A DNA stretch of 64,000 nucleotides from Octopus sinensis (Eukaryota), in NCBI RefSeq assembly GCF_006345805.1, contig NC_043001.1:58156001-58220000 (forward strand), in the 5' to 3' direction. Positions 41,287-55,900 of the stretch are shown piece after piece. A program made the translations under genes and the position numbers. The notes below the pieces were generated by a model. It was not told the origin of the DNA. It made no database searches and worked only from the letters and a program-made list of their open reading frames with translations. Within the stretch, counting starts at the first letter, position 1; each line of letters begins with the position of its first letter.

Positions 41287-41408
41287 AAAGAAGAAGAAGA
41301 AGAAGAAGAAGAAGAAGAAGAAGAAGAAGAGAAGAAGAAGAAGAAGAAGGGGAAGAAGAAGAAGAAGACGGAGAAGAAGAAGAAGAAGAAGAAGAAGAAG
41401 AAGGGGAA

Positions 41409-41443
<35 letters not shown>

Positions 41444-41496
41444 AGAAGAAGAAAGAAGAAGAAGAAGAAGAAGAAGAAGAAGAAGAAGAAGAAGAA

Positions 41497-42050
41497 ATGC
41501 CCTGATGCAGTACCTGGCAGTGATTCTCATGACTTTCTGATTTTAACTGATTGGATGTGTTATCATGTACATTGTTTTGTCTTGGTAGAAACGATGATCT
41601 ACAAATATTCTGCTCAGTTCCACAACTTGCTTGTCAGTTGTTTGACGTTAACCAGTTGAGAATATCCCTTATTGGCTGACGATATGTGCATCTCTGATCA
41701 CGAGCAGAAGTAATGGAGGATCATCAAAGGCTTGTGTTGAGAGGAATTCTTTGGAGTTTGAATAATTCACCTCTGGAAACATAGGTATTTTGTTCAACAT
41801 CCTTAAACAACCCTTATTCAGGGATCTTTTGAGCCGTTTGGGTTACTTAACCTCAAGAAAATTCTTACTGGATCCCACCTGCAAAATCATGAGCTGTTTA
41901 ACTTAATATGAAAACACCATCTTGTGCACATATGCTTGTGACGCTTGTACCTGATGCACCCTTATCAGACGTGTAGCCATAGTGGGTATGCAGGGCTTCG
42001 TATATTTTTTCTACAGTGCCACTCTGATGACATGCAATGGCCTCTTACTC
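41497..42050 (+). mobile_element. non-coding ~550-bp non-autonomous retroelement
   Basis: Homologous to 33064-33572 (reverse) and 40584-40682. No ORF and no recognisable A/B boxes. Embedded between (AGA)n and (CAA)/(AAT)n arrays. Confidence 0.7.
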
Positions 42051-42084
42051 TATGATAATAATACTTATAATAGCAGTACCACAA

Positions 42085-42231
42085 TTACCACCACCACCCC
42101 CGCCACCACCACCACCAAAACAACAACAACAACAACACTACTACAGCAACAACAATAATAATGATAATAATACTAATACTAATAATAATGATAATAATAA
42201 TAATATTAATAATAATAATAATAATAATAAC

Positions 42232-42314
<83 letters not shown>

Positions 42315-42320
42315 CAACAG
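42085..42320. repeat. compound (CCA)/(CAA)/(AAT) microsatellite
   Basis: Directly visible. Confidence 0.95.
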
Positions 42321-44001
42321 CAACTATCAATACTGTTATAATAAAATGAACACTAGACACCTGGTTGTTACCCAGGCGTTTAAAATCCGTTTTATTTGTT
42401 TATATATTTATTATGCTATGATGAACAAAACTACGTTGGTATGGAAGAAGCCAGTTGACATATGCGGAGTAAATTTATGCAAATAATCTTAGCTCTTCAG
42501 CCTCACATACCCTTTTTGCTTTTTCTCCATTTATATTCTCGTATTGCATACTAAAATTGTCAGCAAACAATCGGGTAAGAAGACACAAAAGAAATGTACA
42601 CAAAAGAAATGTACAAGGACTTGCCGAATTCTGAAGATCTTTAAGTAAAATTTTACTCGATGCTGCATGAAAACAAATATTTTGATATTTTTCTATCATT
42701 TCACAGAACGGCTTGTGCTCGATTATATATATTCACTCAATTGTCTGTATACAAAAGTGTGTATGTGTGTGTGTGTGGGTGTGTGTGTTACGCTATATAT
42801 TGTCGTTATCTTAAAATATCCTAATTGCTTCACAATTTCATTTTATCCTTCGATATACAATAAATGTGTTTACACATTCGTAATTCAAGCATGTGCATTT
42901 ACATGTGGGACATTTTTTGTGGGAGTTTATATGAGTGTGTGTGCATTCAATAACGCTTGCAAGAAATCTTTGCAAGAAATCAGCTGCAAGAAATCTTTGC
43001 TTTCCTTTACTGTAAACAGACACGAGACAAACTCAGTGCGGTTGCTCAATCTGATCAAAAAGCAGGAAATCGAACCTTTTTAAAACTACAACCCAGAGAT
43101 TACGTTTCTTAAACACAATTTATAATATTCACCTTCGTATGCGATCAGAAAAAATTTAGGTCGGAGTGTCAGATCTGGTATGCATTCCACCAAATGTCTC
43201 TATGCACTGGTGGAGAAACGCTGATGCAGAGGTAACGGCAATGATTTTCAATAGAGGGAGCTGCACAAAGCACGAGAGATATTATAGTAGAATGATATTG
43301 TTGAGCGATTCCAAGCTGTAGGGTTCAACATGTGGGAAAAGTAATGCAAATTATGTAGACGTGATGCACATGAATAGTTCAATGCAATCGTAATACTAGC
43401 GGATCTGTAGGTCATTTACTCAGTTTCGAAATGCAAACCCTTCGGTGTAGAGATGTGCTCCGGGGAAAGGCATCCCCGAACACAAGTACTAGCTGAACAT
43501 CGTCGCACAGAGGCAAGATGAGAAATCTCTTTCTCAGTTCTTTACATAGAGGAATACAGTAGGAGGCCACACAAATAAAAGAGTAACTGGCATTATGATT
43601 TGACAGAAATCGGGTCGAAAAATAGGCAGGAAAACGCACATTATTCAGATGGCAATTACTTTCTACAGATCATACTTAAGGCTTCAGTAAACAATAAAAT
43701 CAGAAATGTATATCAATAACGTCTACACAGAGTAGCATCTACAAAATGTATATACCACTTACATCTACACAGAGCTTGGCAAACGAAAGCGTAAAAAAAC
43801 ATTTATTGATACAAGAATTCTTCCGCATTACGGATATCTAAGGATACGGGATTTTGCGTTTGCGGAAATTGTCATGTTTGACCTTTAATTTTGGGATACA
43901 GTCAGTAATTTCGCTCTTAAAGATACTCGGATTGCATAGTTTTAAATTGTGAACAATTTGAAATTACACTTTCATTTGAGGTCAATGGCCACACTTGCTT
44001 T

Positions 44002-45178
44002 TATTGGGCCATCCCATAAATAATGCGGTTTGTTTATACTTCTATTATTTTTCAAAATTAAGATACTTTCCTTCATTTTCTACAATGAACTTCTGTCTAT
44101 CTGGCAGACTTTAAAGGCCCCTTTTCCAAAATTCATTTCTTCCTGACGAAAAATACTCCTTCAGTATTGTTCTGACCTCATCTACGGAATTAATATTTTT
44201 CTAGATGATTTTTAAGACTGCCGAATAAATGCTAATCATATGGGGCAATGTCCAGCGAATATGGGGGGTTGGGCATTGTTTTCCACTGAGCATTATCTTT
44301 GTGGAAGAACACCTTTGGCCTTGAAACCAAAGATGATCGTTTTTCGTCTATCGCTGACTTAAGTCACTCAAGCTGCTCACAGTAGATCTCCTTTGTTATC
44401 GTTTGGTTTGGGTTTAAAACTTCAAAGTGGTCTAAACCTTTCACTTCCCACTAAACAGGTAACAACGCCTTACGAGGCTGAAAACTTTCTTTAGCTTGGG
44501 GTGCCGGTGTTTCCCCTTTCCCTACCCACTGTCTTCAGTGCTTGACATTTTTATAGAGAACCCATTTCTCATCACTAATCACTATTCAGTCAAAAAAAAA
44601 AAAAGGTTCATTCGTAAGACGTGACAGGAAAGAAGAGTACACATTCACTCTCTGCGTGTGACTAGACTCTGAAAGTTTGTGAGGTACCCATTGACCCAAT
44701 TTGCTGACTTTTCCGATGGCACGCAGGTATCGAAAGATGGTTTAATGACCAAATAGAAGCTTTTCTATTAGCTCCTCAACAGTTACGATGAGATCTTGAT
44801 CCACTAGGGATTGCAGGACGTCCTCATCAAGCTCTACAGATCTTCGGAATTTCTGGAACTACTGTTGGCACTGGCTTACACTTATCTTCCGAACCCCACA
44901 TACTGCATTACTATTTTTTGCATTGTCTGTTGCGTTGTTGCCTTGGTGAACTCATAAAACAAAATATGCTGAATATGCTCCTTTGTCACTTCCATTATAG
45001 CTTTTAAAAAATGACTGTTAAAATCGAACTGCACTTTTCAAAACTTCCACTAAGTAGAAGGACAAGGTAAAATTACTACCCGTTTATAGCAAGTCGATTG
45101 AGGTAATTTATTCTGTCCCCTTCCGACTTTTAATTCATGTGACTGAAAACACCACATTATGTATGGGATGACCCAATA
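44002..45178 (-). mobile_element. decayed mariner (DD34D) element with both TIRs
   Basis: TIRs TATTGGGCCATCCCATAAATAATGCGG (44002) and reverse complement of CCACATTATGTATGGGATGACCCAATA (ending 45178), with TA ends. Minus strand has KLGQWVPHKL, ISDEKWVLY and PPYSLDIAPYD. Confidence 0.9.
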
Positions 45179-46029
45179 TATAACGATTTGAGGAAAAAAT
45201 TATTATCATGTTACAAACATACATGCTCACGCATGTACACATGTATATATAATGAAGATAATGTGAGTGTAAATATCTATGTGTGTGTGAGTGTGCGTGT
45301 ATGTGAATGCGTGATTCTATCAACAAGACAAAAAAACAAGAGTAGTATATTCATTATATTGTACGAAGTAGAAAATCAAGACGTTTCAAATAAAAGCATA
45401 TAATATGGTATCTTAGAATATTTTAAATGTTGAATAAAATGATATCAATTATGTGGGGGTTTCCTTGATTCTAAACAGCTGCCAGAAGACAATTAGCAAG
45501 AACAATATAACTACCACACTACCAACAATAATCGACTATCGTCACAAAAATCTAAACCAATGCAAACCACATCAATACCATTACCATCTCACGAATGTTT
45601 TAATTCAATTGGCTGCATCGAATTATTTCTGTCGACGTTGTAAAACAGGCCTTCTAAGATTTTATTGACTCTAGATTGCCAGGCCTTTACAGTTCCGGGT
45701 TGTACAAGCTACTGCTGAAATGGCAGTGTATTGACAATATAGGTGCAAACTTTGTTGAATAAAACTATTCTCTGCTATTTAGAAAACAGCAGTAAACTAT
45801 TTTTTTTCTTTTCTATAAATTTCATACTTGACGACCTAATAGTACTTTCTCTTCTTCAGTTCACTTTTTCCTCTCATTTTCATTACTAAATCTATAGGGT
45901 AAAGACCATTTTATGCCCTCACAATAGCTATTTTGTGGGCCAATATATTTTTTATACGTACTTGTTGGATTTATCTCTGCTGTTGGATTTACCTTCAATT
46001 GAAGATGCCTGAAATGACACTGTCAAGTT

Positions 46030-46315
46030 GAACTGACTGAAATATGAAAAAGAACCGGAATGTGCTTATAAATACAATGATAGTTCATAAAAAAGCTAAT
46101 AGTTTCTTGATGAGTTGCAGGGAGAAGATTAGACTTCCAATGAAAAAACATTTTTGTCTCGTAAATGCCGGTTTGAAAGACTTAAGATGTGTAAGAATTT
46201 GCACAATATAAAAATGACTGGTGAAACTGCAAGCGCTGACACAGCGGTTGCTACTAATTATCCATAGTTAAGGAAGATGATTACGAAACGGGTCTATTTC
46301 ATCGGTCTGAGCGCG
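46030..46315 (+). mobile_element. Tigger/pogo transposase fragment
   Basis: KKANSF…F.SRKCRFERLKMCKNLHNIKMTGETASADT, the CENP-B-type HTH-to-DDE linker. Confidence 0.75.
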
Positions 46316-46329
46316 TCTTTTGCGGTGTT

Positions 46330-46980
46330 TGCTTTTTGAATAGATGCTCAGTTTTAGGGGTAAAGGCAGTTGATCTATCTTTTTTCTGTTCCGTTTTTAT
46401 ATTCGTTCAACGAAATGCCACCTACAATGTGCAGTTGGATATTTTGTCGTATGCCTTTTCTAAGTCCGAGGTCGTAGAGACTGTTGAAGGAGAACTGAGT
46501 TTGATTCGGCGGCACTTTTTGTTTATGTTCTCGGTTAGTGTTAGTGCTCTACAGGTCGGTAATGATGTTGGTGTTTGTGACAAAAGTCCCTGTGCAAGTT
46601 GTGAATGTGTTAAGAGGAATCCTTTGTCGGTGAGAGTGCTTCTGTCATTATGGTTGTAGAGGTTCGAGGTTTCATGGCAGCTATGGTCAAATTTAATCCG
46701 TATATTCCACACACCTCTGCAGAAAGACTTGAGGTGGTCTGTTTCTTCACGTATGCTGCATCTTCCTTCCAATACCTCATGCATAGCTCGCACCCTTCGA
46801 CCAACCAGACGTCTGTGTGTCAGTTAATTTCTCAGGTGTCAGGAAACACGTGTAACACAAGAGACATGCTCTTATATTTTTTTCTTTTAGAAAGTTGACT
46901 AGTGTGCTATAACCTTTTTGGGCTCTTCCATTGTAGCCCCTGTAGATGGTGGTTGGGGCCATACCGGTGACCGTACTTTA
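46330..46980 (-). mobile_element. GC-richer ORF remnant, possibly the N-terminus of a Penelope-like ORF
   Basis: ORF 46422-46793 plus a frameshifted upstream piece. The KGFLLTH…RALTLTENI pattern loosely resembles the PLE N-terminal region; no diagnostic catalytic motif. Confidence 0.3.
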
Positions 46981-48690
46981 GTCACACGTCATACTATATA
47001 TAAATAGTTATCATTCTTGCGATGTACAAGGAGACCAAACTCTAAAGAATCTTCCAATTTTTTTTGGACTGTGGATATTATCGTTTTCTAGTTTTCTTTA
47101 CTTATGTTTCTACTTTTATTTATTAATATTTGTTTACTAATATGCTATGAACGTTAGCGACGAAATATTTTATGAAACTTAAACACGTAATAACGCAATT
47201 ATATTTGTTTATATATTCTTGCTTGTGGTAAATTGTCTGCGTGATCAGTTTTACTTATAGAAGCACACATAATGTTCTCTCTAATCTCCTTGTTATGATT
47301 GCGTTCACTGGCGTGGCACTTGTTCGACTGTTTATATTTCAGTATCTGAGTTGTCCCAAGTAAACTGCAAGGAGTTTTTCTTCATGACGTCGTTGCCGTG
47401 GCTAGAACAGTGGTTCTGTTATTAAAGAGGGCATTGGCGCTTTCATTTCCGTCCCTCCCTCTCTCTCTCTCTCTCTCTTGCTTTTTCTCTCCCAAGTTCT
47501 ATGTCTCTCACTTCTCTTTTCTACATCTCTTTCTCTCTCTCTCTCTTTGCCTTTTTATGTCTCCCTTTGTTTTTGTTTTCCCATTGCATTTAAGTTTTCG
47601 CTCCAAGTCATTTGTACACGCCTCTGATCATCAATTATGTTTTAAATTGGGTATCATTTTTTTTTTCAAGAAAAGGAATTACCCCGGTGGAGTAATCGAA
47701 CAAAATCGGATTTAATTTGCGCCGAAAAATGATGCGTTTTGCTTCAGAGATGAAAGAATATGCAAGAAAAATACTTCTACGTTCGCAGAATTGCTTAACA
47801 GTTCGGAATTTTAACAGAATCGTGAGGTAGTATACCTTTTAGTAAACATAGTGGTAAATTCTAACCTAAAGAAAAAAAAGAATTTGGAGTCAAGATTAGG
47901 TCTTATATTCTCGAACTAATTCTTACCGAAGCATGTTAGAGACAGATAACTGCCTGGCAAATAACTAAAGGCATTCAAACCGTCGTCATCTGTCCTACAT
48001 TCTAGTTTTGTGTATCACAAAGTACATTAGCTCATGTTCTAGTTTCGAATGCAGATACAATGGCCAGAAGGCGAATCAGTTTTCAGGAATATGTAGGAAA
48101 TATCTTCATAAATAATAATTTTCTCTCTCAAATAACTTAGAAAACAAAAGGTAGATATTTGTAAATATTGTCCCAGATAAGAGTAAAATGCAGTGGCAAT
48201 ATTAATACATAAACTCCATTAACAATGCACATTTTGCTTCACAAGTAGTTAAAATTAACTGATGCTAGATACAAACAAATATTTTAAAAATAAATTGTAG
48301 ATTTGCACAGAAAATTGTAAGTAGTAATTTGTGAAGAAAAACACTATCTTTCAGCTACTTCAGATTGAATTACCTATACTGTATATCTCCTAATTATCGT
48401 GTTGCTATTGGGGCGATGTAGTTCAGAAATAAGATTTTGGTTCAGATGTTGTTTCATTATTAATTTATAGATAAGCAAAATATCATTGAAATGATTTATT
48501 TGTATTGCTATTTAAAATCATAGTTTAAAAATGGTCTTTACATTTACTCAGTTGACTTATTATGCAAATGTGTAAACTCAAATAACTGGATGAAACACAA
48601 TTGCAGAAAATTTACTTTCAAAGTTTGCCTTTCTGTGTGAACCTGCCTGCGGAAGAGCAGCCATCTTGTGATCGTTTTCACTTCTTCTAG

Positions 48691-48813
48691 TCTATGTATA
48701 TAATGGATATTTTATTAATGAGTTTGAAGTTCCATACTCAAACATCTGTAATGAAAAATGGTGTGTTTCAAGGAAGGAACAACAATTTCAGAGGGGACCA
48801 ACAAGGATAAATG
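48691..48813 (+). CDS. candidate host exon (phase 1-1)
   Basis: ttttcacttcttctAG|TCTATG…ATAAATG|GTGAAT; 123 nt, open (YVYNGYFINEFEVPYSNICNEKWCVSRKEQQFQRGPTRIN). Confidence 0.35.
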
Positions 48814-49731
48814 GTGAATGAAATGTGTGCGCTTGTTTGGAGTGTAGGAACATACTTTAGCCACCTTTGCACAATGCTCCAGGGTACATTTTTGCTATTC
48901 TGTTGACCTATTTTCAATGCAATGTAGGATGTTAACAAGTTTCATACTGGTGGGAATTCAGATTAATTAATGAACATGATTTATCTTTTGAAGGATGTTA
49001 ATGTTCATACCTACATGTTATCAGTGTTTATTTTTACTTACTGCATCTCTAATCACTGCATAGGCACATAATGTAATACCTGTAGTTCCCTGGGTAAACT
49101 CATGAGATGTGAACATATCTCGTATTGTCTGTCATTAATACTGAAATTATTAATAAGATATTAGACTTTGAAACAATATTGATATTTTTCTTCTTTGACC
49201 AAGTATTTTAATTGAAATTATTATGATGGTATGTGCACGAAATTATCATTAAAACACTCGTAAAGTATCTGTTCCGCATACAACTATTGGTTACCGCCAG
49301 GGTATACCTGTAAAATAGTTTGATTTTAACCATAAGATTTCAAGCATGCTTAGACAAATTTAGACAGCAATTTTGTGTCTTTCGGTGGTACATTCAGGTT
49401 AATTAAGATATACAGGATGTTATTCTGAATGAATATCATTTCCGTTGCTAATTGAGAATTTTTACCTTATATACCAACTATTTCAAATCTCAATGAACAC
49501 TTAATCACTGTTTATCTATACATCAGTACACGCTATTTTTCTCTAAGCACGGGCTTATTGTGGATACCTGATACTGTTGACATGCAGAGAAACAGACGAT
49601 TTAGCAATTTCACCACCAGTACTGAATGATCTTCGTTTTCTGTGATACACGTTTGTGGTTTTTAGCTTTATATGCTCGTATGAGATAATTCGATAGTATA
49701 CTCATGTTAAATAAGATATAAATTTTTATAT

Positions 49732-49796
<65 letters not shown>

Positions 49797-50914
49797 GCTA
49801 CAGAAATGAATCATGATGTATTACGTCTCAGTATCAAATAGATTATCCATGAAAAATTTGCAGGGCAAAACTTTACCTCTTAAGTATTACTGCTGACCAA
49901 TCTCTACTAGAATATACCAACGTACCTCGAATGACTTGCAATCTGTCTTAATAGTCAAATCCTGCACGATGCAGTTCACAGGTTCTTTTTTCATCGACAG
50001 AAATGAAATCCTCTAAACTTTCTTCAAACACTATTTAGGTACTGTTTACATTCAACAAGTAATACAAATATTGACTTCCAGCAATATCATTCTTACATAA
50101 AAGGGAGATTGTGAGAAACTTAAATTTCATTGTTTCTCTTCGATCGGCGCTTAAGAAATATATTTTAGCATAATGAGCACCTGAAAATACTGAGCAATGA
50201 GAGAACATCTTTCTTCTCAACTAGTTGGTAATATTCTCTGTGAGTTAGTAAGGTGCGTCTGGATTTGTCAATGAATGATGTACTCTGTATATAGCAAATG
50301 CTTAATATATTTACTTAAGGCATCCTTCTTATTGTAGACCTAATCCTCCAATAATGCAGAATCTACCTAGGTGTCTTAAACAATGCTAAGGTTTCAAATT
50401 ATGCACAAGAAAATTCCAACCGTTATCGATGCATCTATAGCAATTTTATGAATATCTGATATTAAGACGAACTTCAAAAAATACTTTTTTCTGGTTCATT
50501 CCGTTTGATTATTTGATATAGGATGTAGTAGAGTGTCATAAGAGCTGCTGTGTCTTTTTCTATTCATTTCTATTCCAGAAATATAATTTCATCTTTTTAC
50601 CTTTTTTCTTTACAAACATAGAAATGGAAAACCTTAATACAAAATGTGAACAAGAAATATAAAAAGCTTTTAAACTATGAAAAGAATATATTCCTTCACT
50701 GTACAATTATATATTCTATGGAAGCCAGTAGAATTGCATTTCCGTAAAAAATTCAGAAAACTTATAAACAGTAAACACATCAGAAAAACAGTCTGAATCA
50801 ACAAAGCAACAGCAACAGTTAAAATGTATTTGACATTGTTTTTACATATTTGTCAAATATATTTCCGTTTACAGTAGTAATAAATATTAGTAATAACAAA
50901 AGAAACCACCAGGA

Positions 50915-50935
50915 TGACTATGATGATGATGATGG

Positions 50936-51001
<66 letters not shown>

Positions 51002-51035
51002 CGACGACGACGACGACGACGATGACGACGATGAG
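50915..51035. repeat. (GAT)/(GAC) microsatellite
   Basis: Directly visible. Confidence 0.95.
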
Positions 51036-51064
51036 GACTGTTTTGAAATTTTGTCAAAAGCCCA

Positions 51065-51200
51065 GTAATTTTAAAGGAAAGGACTAGTCGATAACCAGGA
51101 TGAAATACAAAGTCGACCTCCATATGATTTGAACTCAGAAGAATGGAAAACAAAACCCACCAAAAGGCAGAGCAACACATGATAGTCAACGGCCATGGAA
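51065..51200 (-). mobile_element. SINE remnant (34476 family)
   Basis: Reverse complement contains TTCTGAGTTCAAAT…GAGGTCGACTTTG.ATTTCATCC. Confidence 0.55.
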
Positions 51201-51569
51201 CATATACATTAGGTGGTGTAGGACGTTCTTAAATTTGGTTGGTAATCCACATAGTGATCGTGTTACTATAAATGTACTGGGTATTACACAACTTTAGAAA
51301 CGCTACTTTAAAACAAGTGATCGTATCATATTGAGTTGCAAATACAGATACAAACACAAGATATCAAACTAAATTATTCATAACTGAGCCAGCAGGGCCA
51401 TAACCGTCACCAGTATAGCTGTTGTGCCAGAGGGCCACGGAATGTGTGGTCAAGCTCCGGGAGGTCGTTTGCAAACCATTCATCACGATTAGGATCGAAA
51501 TCAAAATGCACTGTGAGAGAAATGGACCGAGTATTAGAAGTAAACAATTGAATTTTGGCTGAGAAGTGA

Positions 51570-53620
51570 GGGGAAGAAAAGTGGTCTCATGAATCAAATG
51601 GAGAGAATATGCTTCCCACCAACTATAGATACGCTAGACAATGACAATTCGAATAAACGTTTGGATTATAGGGAAAGAAAATGACCGGGTATGGTGTGAA
51701 TCATGGGAAGTAGTAAGTGGAAATGAAGGGGTAGGATATGAAGAAATGAAAATAAATGAATCATGTTTTACCTGAGATTGTTGAATGGTGTACCTAGGGA
51801 AGATGGAGAAGCTTGATGAATGATAATAAGTGTTGAAGAAGACTTGGACGATGAAAAAGAGATCCTAGGAATTTGCGAAGTAAAATATTTGGTGAAAACG
51901 ATTACATACTGCGAAACACATGATATTAAATGCAATGGTTTGAAACAGAATAGTTTGTCTCAATGAAATAGAAGACAATTTTTTTCGGGAGATAGGGAGA
52001 GAAAAGCATAAGGAAGTAATTTCTAACACGGAGAACTATAAGCGTTTTGGAGAAATGGGGAATAGGTCAGTGAGATATATAGACAGTGCAGTGCTGAGTG
52101 TCTAACAGAGGTGTGGAGAGAAATTATTAAGAAATTACCAGAGTATGTCAATGTTGACCTGTAATCGGCGAGATTGAAGTTTAAAAACTGGAATGGATGT
52201 GGCCTCGATGGAGTGCAAGACTAACATGCATACGATTGGATGAAAGCATCACAGCACACCTTCATTAGTGACTACAGCAGAAACAAGTTCTCAAATGAAG
52301 GTCGACCTAATGAAAGATAAATTATTGTCATAACTTGTTTGATGCATATGTGGGAGTTTATGACCGGTGTATTGACAGTTATACAAACATGTGGGAAAAA
52401 ACATTTTACCTTCAGTGAAACAGAAAGGGTGCAGAAGACTAAGTACGACAACTATGGATCAGATTGCAGTTGATACAATGTCAAACACAAAGAGATGGAA
52501 TAGGATGTGTCGTGGCTGCATTACAAAAACAAGGAATGTAGCTTGATGCCGCAGCGATTGATAAGTAAAAGGATGACAAGGTATGAAATGGTAGAAAGCA
52601 TGAGGTAACTGGTTAAGGAAAGCATGACATATTTGCGCACTGACTTTAGTGAAGGAAAGAGTTTGTGAAGGTGAATATCAGATGTGATAACTTTCAAAGT
52701 TACTATTTATATAGAACATGATAGTGCACAGTCTTATATTACGGTAAATCAAAATAGCTTTTGAGAAATATGAGTATGGTCAAATAAATCGTGTTCATGG
52801 ATGATTGAAAGGTTTATGCCAAAATTGAGAAGCAGCCAGAAAATATTTTGCAAGGTATTGCAATTTTCTAATATGATCTAATAATGGAATTCGGTTTCGA
52901 AAAGACCATTTTGATAACGAAACGAGAGAAAGGTATGAAAGAAGTCAGGTATTCAAAATACTATATGTGCAGATAAAGAATTGATAGAATTACTTGTGCA
53001 TATGTATTTGGGAATTCTGGAAACGATATAAAACTCGAAGACATGGAGAAAATTGTAAGTGGGGAGTACGCAATTCAAGAAATAATATCGAAGTAATGGA
53101 AGAACAGCAACAATCGGTTATAGAGCATGAACTGTGGATCGGAAAAAAAGTGAAATGCAAAATATTGAAAACGTTCTGGATTCTCTAATTCACACAGAAA
53201 GAGTATTAATCAAGGATATTGGGATACAGTTTGGAGTAAATAAATGCAGAGCTAAATATGAAGATAGACTGCAATATAAATTCTGATGGCATAAAATTTC
53301 CAGAAAATAATACCATTACAAAGTTGAGAAATAACGAAGGACACAAGTACCGAGGCATGATGTGAGATAATAGGATAAAGAATGGGAAAGGAAAGAGAGA
53401 TCTCCAAACTGAAAAAGAAAATTTGGAATGTACTCTAAACAACACAAACGCAGGAAATATCAAAGCAATCAAAACATCAGTCATTCCAGTAATAAGATAC
53501 ATTACCCCTTCAATAAAAGTGACAAAGACATAGCTAAGGAAAACAAAGATAACAGAACTGAGAACTAAGAGACTGCCGACAATGCACAACACCTATTGAA
53601 AATATCATCGGCAGGGACTA
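51570..53620 (+). mobile_element. heavily decayed R4/Dong-type LINE
   Basis: Degenerate segments equivalent to KIGRE, WK..GLDGVQ, QKGCRR, FGVNKC, KYRG, GNIKAIKTSVIPV and LPTMHNT…GKG, in RT-to-C-terminal order. Confidence 0.7.
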
Positions 53621-53690
53621 GCTGCAGGGAAAGGAAAACTGCAGTGGACTGAGAAAGACAAAGTACAGTAACAACTGCGATATTTTTTCT

Positions 53691-53890
53691 ACTCTAGGCA
53701 CAAGATCCGAACTTCTGTGGGAGGGAGCCAGTCGATTAGATCGACCCCAGTGCGCTACTCGTACTTAATTTATCGAGCCTGAAAGGTTGAAAGGTAAAGT
53801 CTGGGGAATTTGAACTCGGAACGTAAAGATATAGGAAATTCCGCTAAGCATTTCACCTGTCGTACTAACGTTTCTGCCAGCTCGCCACCT
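53691..53890 (-). mobile_element. tRNA-derived SINE (34476 family)
   Basis: Reverse complement GGTGGCGAGCTGGCAGAAACGTTAG…TTCCGAGTTCAAATT…CGATAAATTAAGTACG…TGTGCCTAGAGT. Confidence 0.75.
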
Positions 53891-55329
53891 TGTAACAGCT
53901 GCGATATTAGCTTTGAAAAAGTACGATAGATACAACGAGGGGCTTCACTCAGGACACTATTTTGTCTGGCTTTGTCTATTGATTCATCATTCTGTTAAAA
54001 ACTGATCGATGCTTTTCGAATAGAAATTTTCACTTGATGTTGTTTGACGTATGCTAGATTCGATCGAGAAATCCTCTGTTATTTGCCGATGAATTGCCAA
54101 TCCCGCTTGGAGTCAAGGACAATTATATAGAAATGTGTTATATGGATCTCTGCAATTTAAAGACACTAAGGTGCGATTCGAATGTGATACTGTGCTACTT
54201 CTTGCATATTCAGTGACCATATATAATCTCATGAAAATTGGCCCGGCATTTTAGTAGACCTGAGTACGTACTTTTGTTCGTATTGTGTTGTATTACTATA
54301 CAGTCACACATATGTACAAATGCAAGGATAAACACACGCATATCTACACTCATGCACACACATATATATATATATATCATACAACAGCAACAACTGTAAC
54401 AAGGGCATTACAATCGATAATAAAGTTACACGCACAAATATACCTCATTTATGTGTGTGTGCGTGCGCGTGCGTGTGCTTGTGTGTGCATGTACACACGC
54501 ACCAACACATTCTTTCTAGTACTGCAGACAAAAGTGATATATGTATATGTGTTCCCATAAAATATACTTTCTAGTTTATGCCTCACCAGCATTAAGCTAA
54601 GCGTGCTTACCCTTACACGACACTCGCCTGAATTAGCATATGCTCATGTGTTGCACACATATTTATTCATGTGTAATACCAGATCAGTTTTCACTCCTTC
54701 CGTGCTACATATATTTTTATTTCTAGTGTTATACAAATGAAAATTCCCAGAGGTGGAAATAAAATATATAAACTAAATCTTGTTTTATGCATACAGTTTC
54801 AAATAACTGACATTTTAAAATGAGGAAGATTGTTTGTTATTCATCGACCAAATAATTAGTTACAGAGAAAAAGAATTATTTATTTGGTGCTGGTTTCGGT
54901 ACTTGTTCCTGGTTTGCAAACAACGATATGTGGATGTTAAGTAGAACTTAGGAAGCTGTTTATCCATGCATATGTACATAGAATGATGACGAAGACAAAT
55001 TTTATTATGGTATCATAACTACTGTCATTAAAACAAAGAATATTTTTTCTTATACGATAACTATCACTAGCATTGTATTTATCATATAAAAAAATCGTCT
55101 TTCTTATGAATATATTCAGCAGCGTTATTGTCGCAGCGAAATGCTCGTTATCATTCTTCTTATTTTGTAATAATCATCTCTCTAATTAATTTATCATATT
55201 ATAACCATTGCTGTAACTAACATTGTCGTATCTAAAATATCTTCATCGACAAATTTTACATCTTGTAAACTAAGAAATCTAACATATTCCGGTCTCCCCG
55301 ACTACAAAAGACATCTCAGGTGAGCACCT

Positions 55330-55900
55330 CTCTCCTTCTCACCCCCATCCCGTCCTTAGGCATACAGGTGTAGACTCAGAGTGGACTCATTCACATTCCC
55401 CTATATAATTCAAATTTGAATATTCCACCGACCGCTTGCCCAATTGAGCAAGGACTGAACGCCCTTTCTCGGTCTACAATTTATCCAGGACTGTAGTTCC
55501 GTCAATGAAACGAGCTGTGGAAAATATTGTGTAGCAAACGGTGAACACGTGCTTCAGTCTCGATGAGACGTCGGAGATGTCGCAGCCTAAGCACATACCT
55601 GCGCATCATTAGCCACGGGACGCCTGGTAAATATATGGACCGTCTGACAAACGGATGATGTTGCTTTCACAAGGAGTGGGAGAGCAAGAATTCTAGGAGT
55701 CTGAATATCTTTAAATAAAATGCACGCTAAAATACACCATACATTTACGTCAGGTGGCATTTCTGAAATCTTCACTCCCACTGTCCTTGTTCCAAAATGC
55801 GATGGCTGGAGAACATTTTTTGCACCAAAGGGAACCACGGGGTGTTTCATGGTCAGAGATTCAGTCTGATGTTCACTGAAATGCTCGAAAATTTCTTGGC
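55330..55900 (-). mobile_element. L1/Tx1 LINE 3' remnant
   Basis: LEFLLSHSL*K…FVRRSI…GVPWLMMRRYVLRLRHLRRL aligns with the 20410-20600 segment of the plus-strand L1/Tx1 copy. Confidence 0.65.

Noticed and set aside
48616-48672. Minus-strand CAAGATGGCTGC start (YY1/Kozak-like), MAALPQAGSHRKANFE followed by GTAAAT
   Set aside because: No in-phase downstream exon was found, and it lies next to the acceptor of the better plus-strand exon candidate.
50096-50179. Minus-strand 84-nt exon candidate with good splice sites encoding MKFKFLTISLL (signal-peptide-like)
   Set aside because: The next compatible acceptor is weak, there is no supporting exon chain, and it conflicts in strand with the plus-strand candidates.
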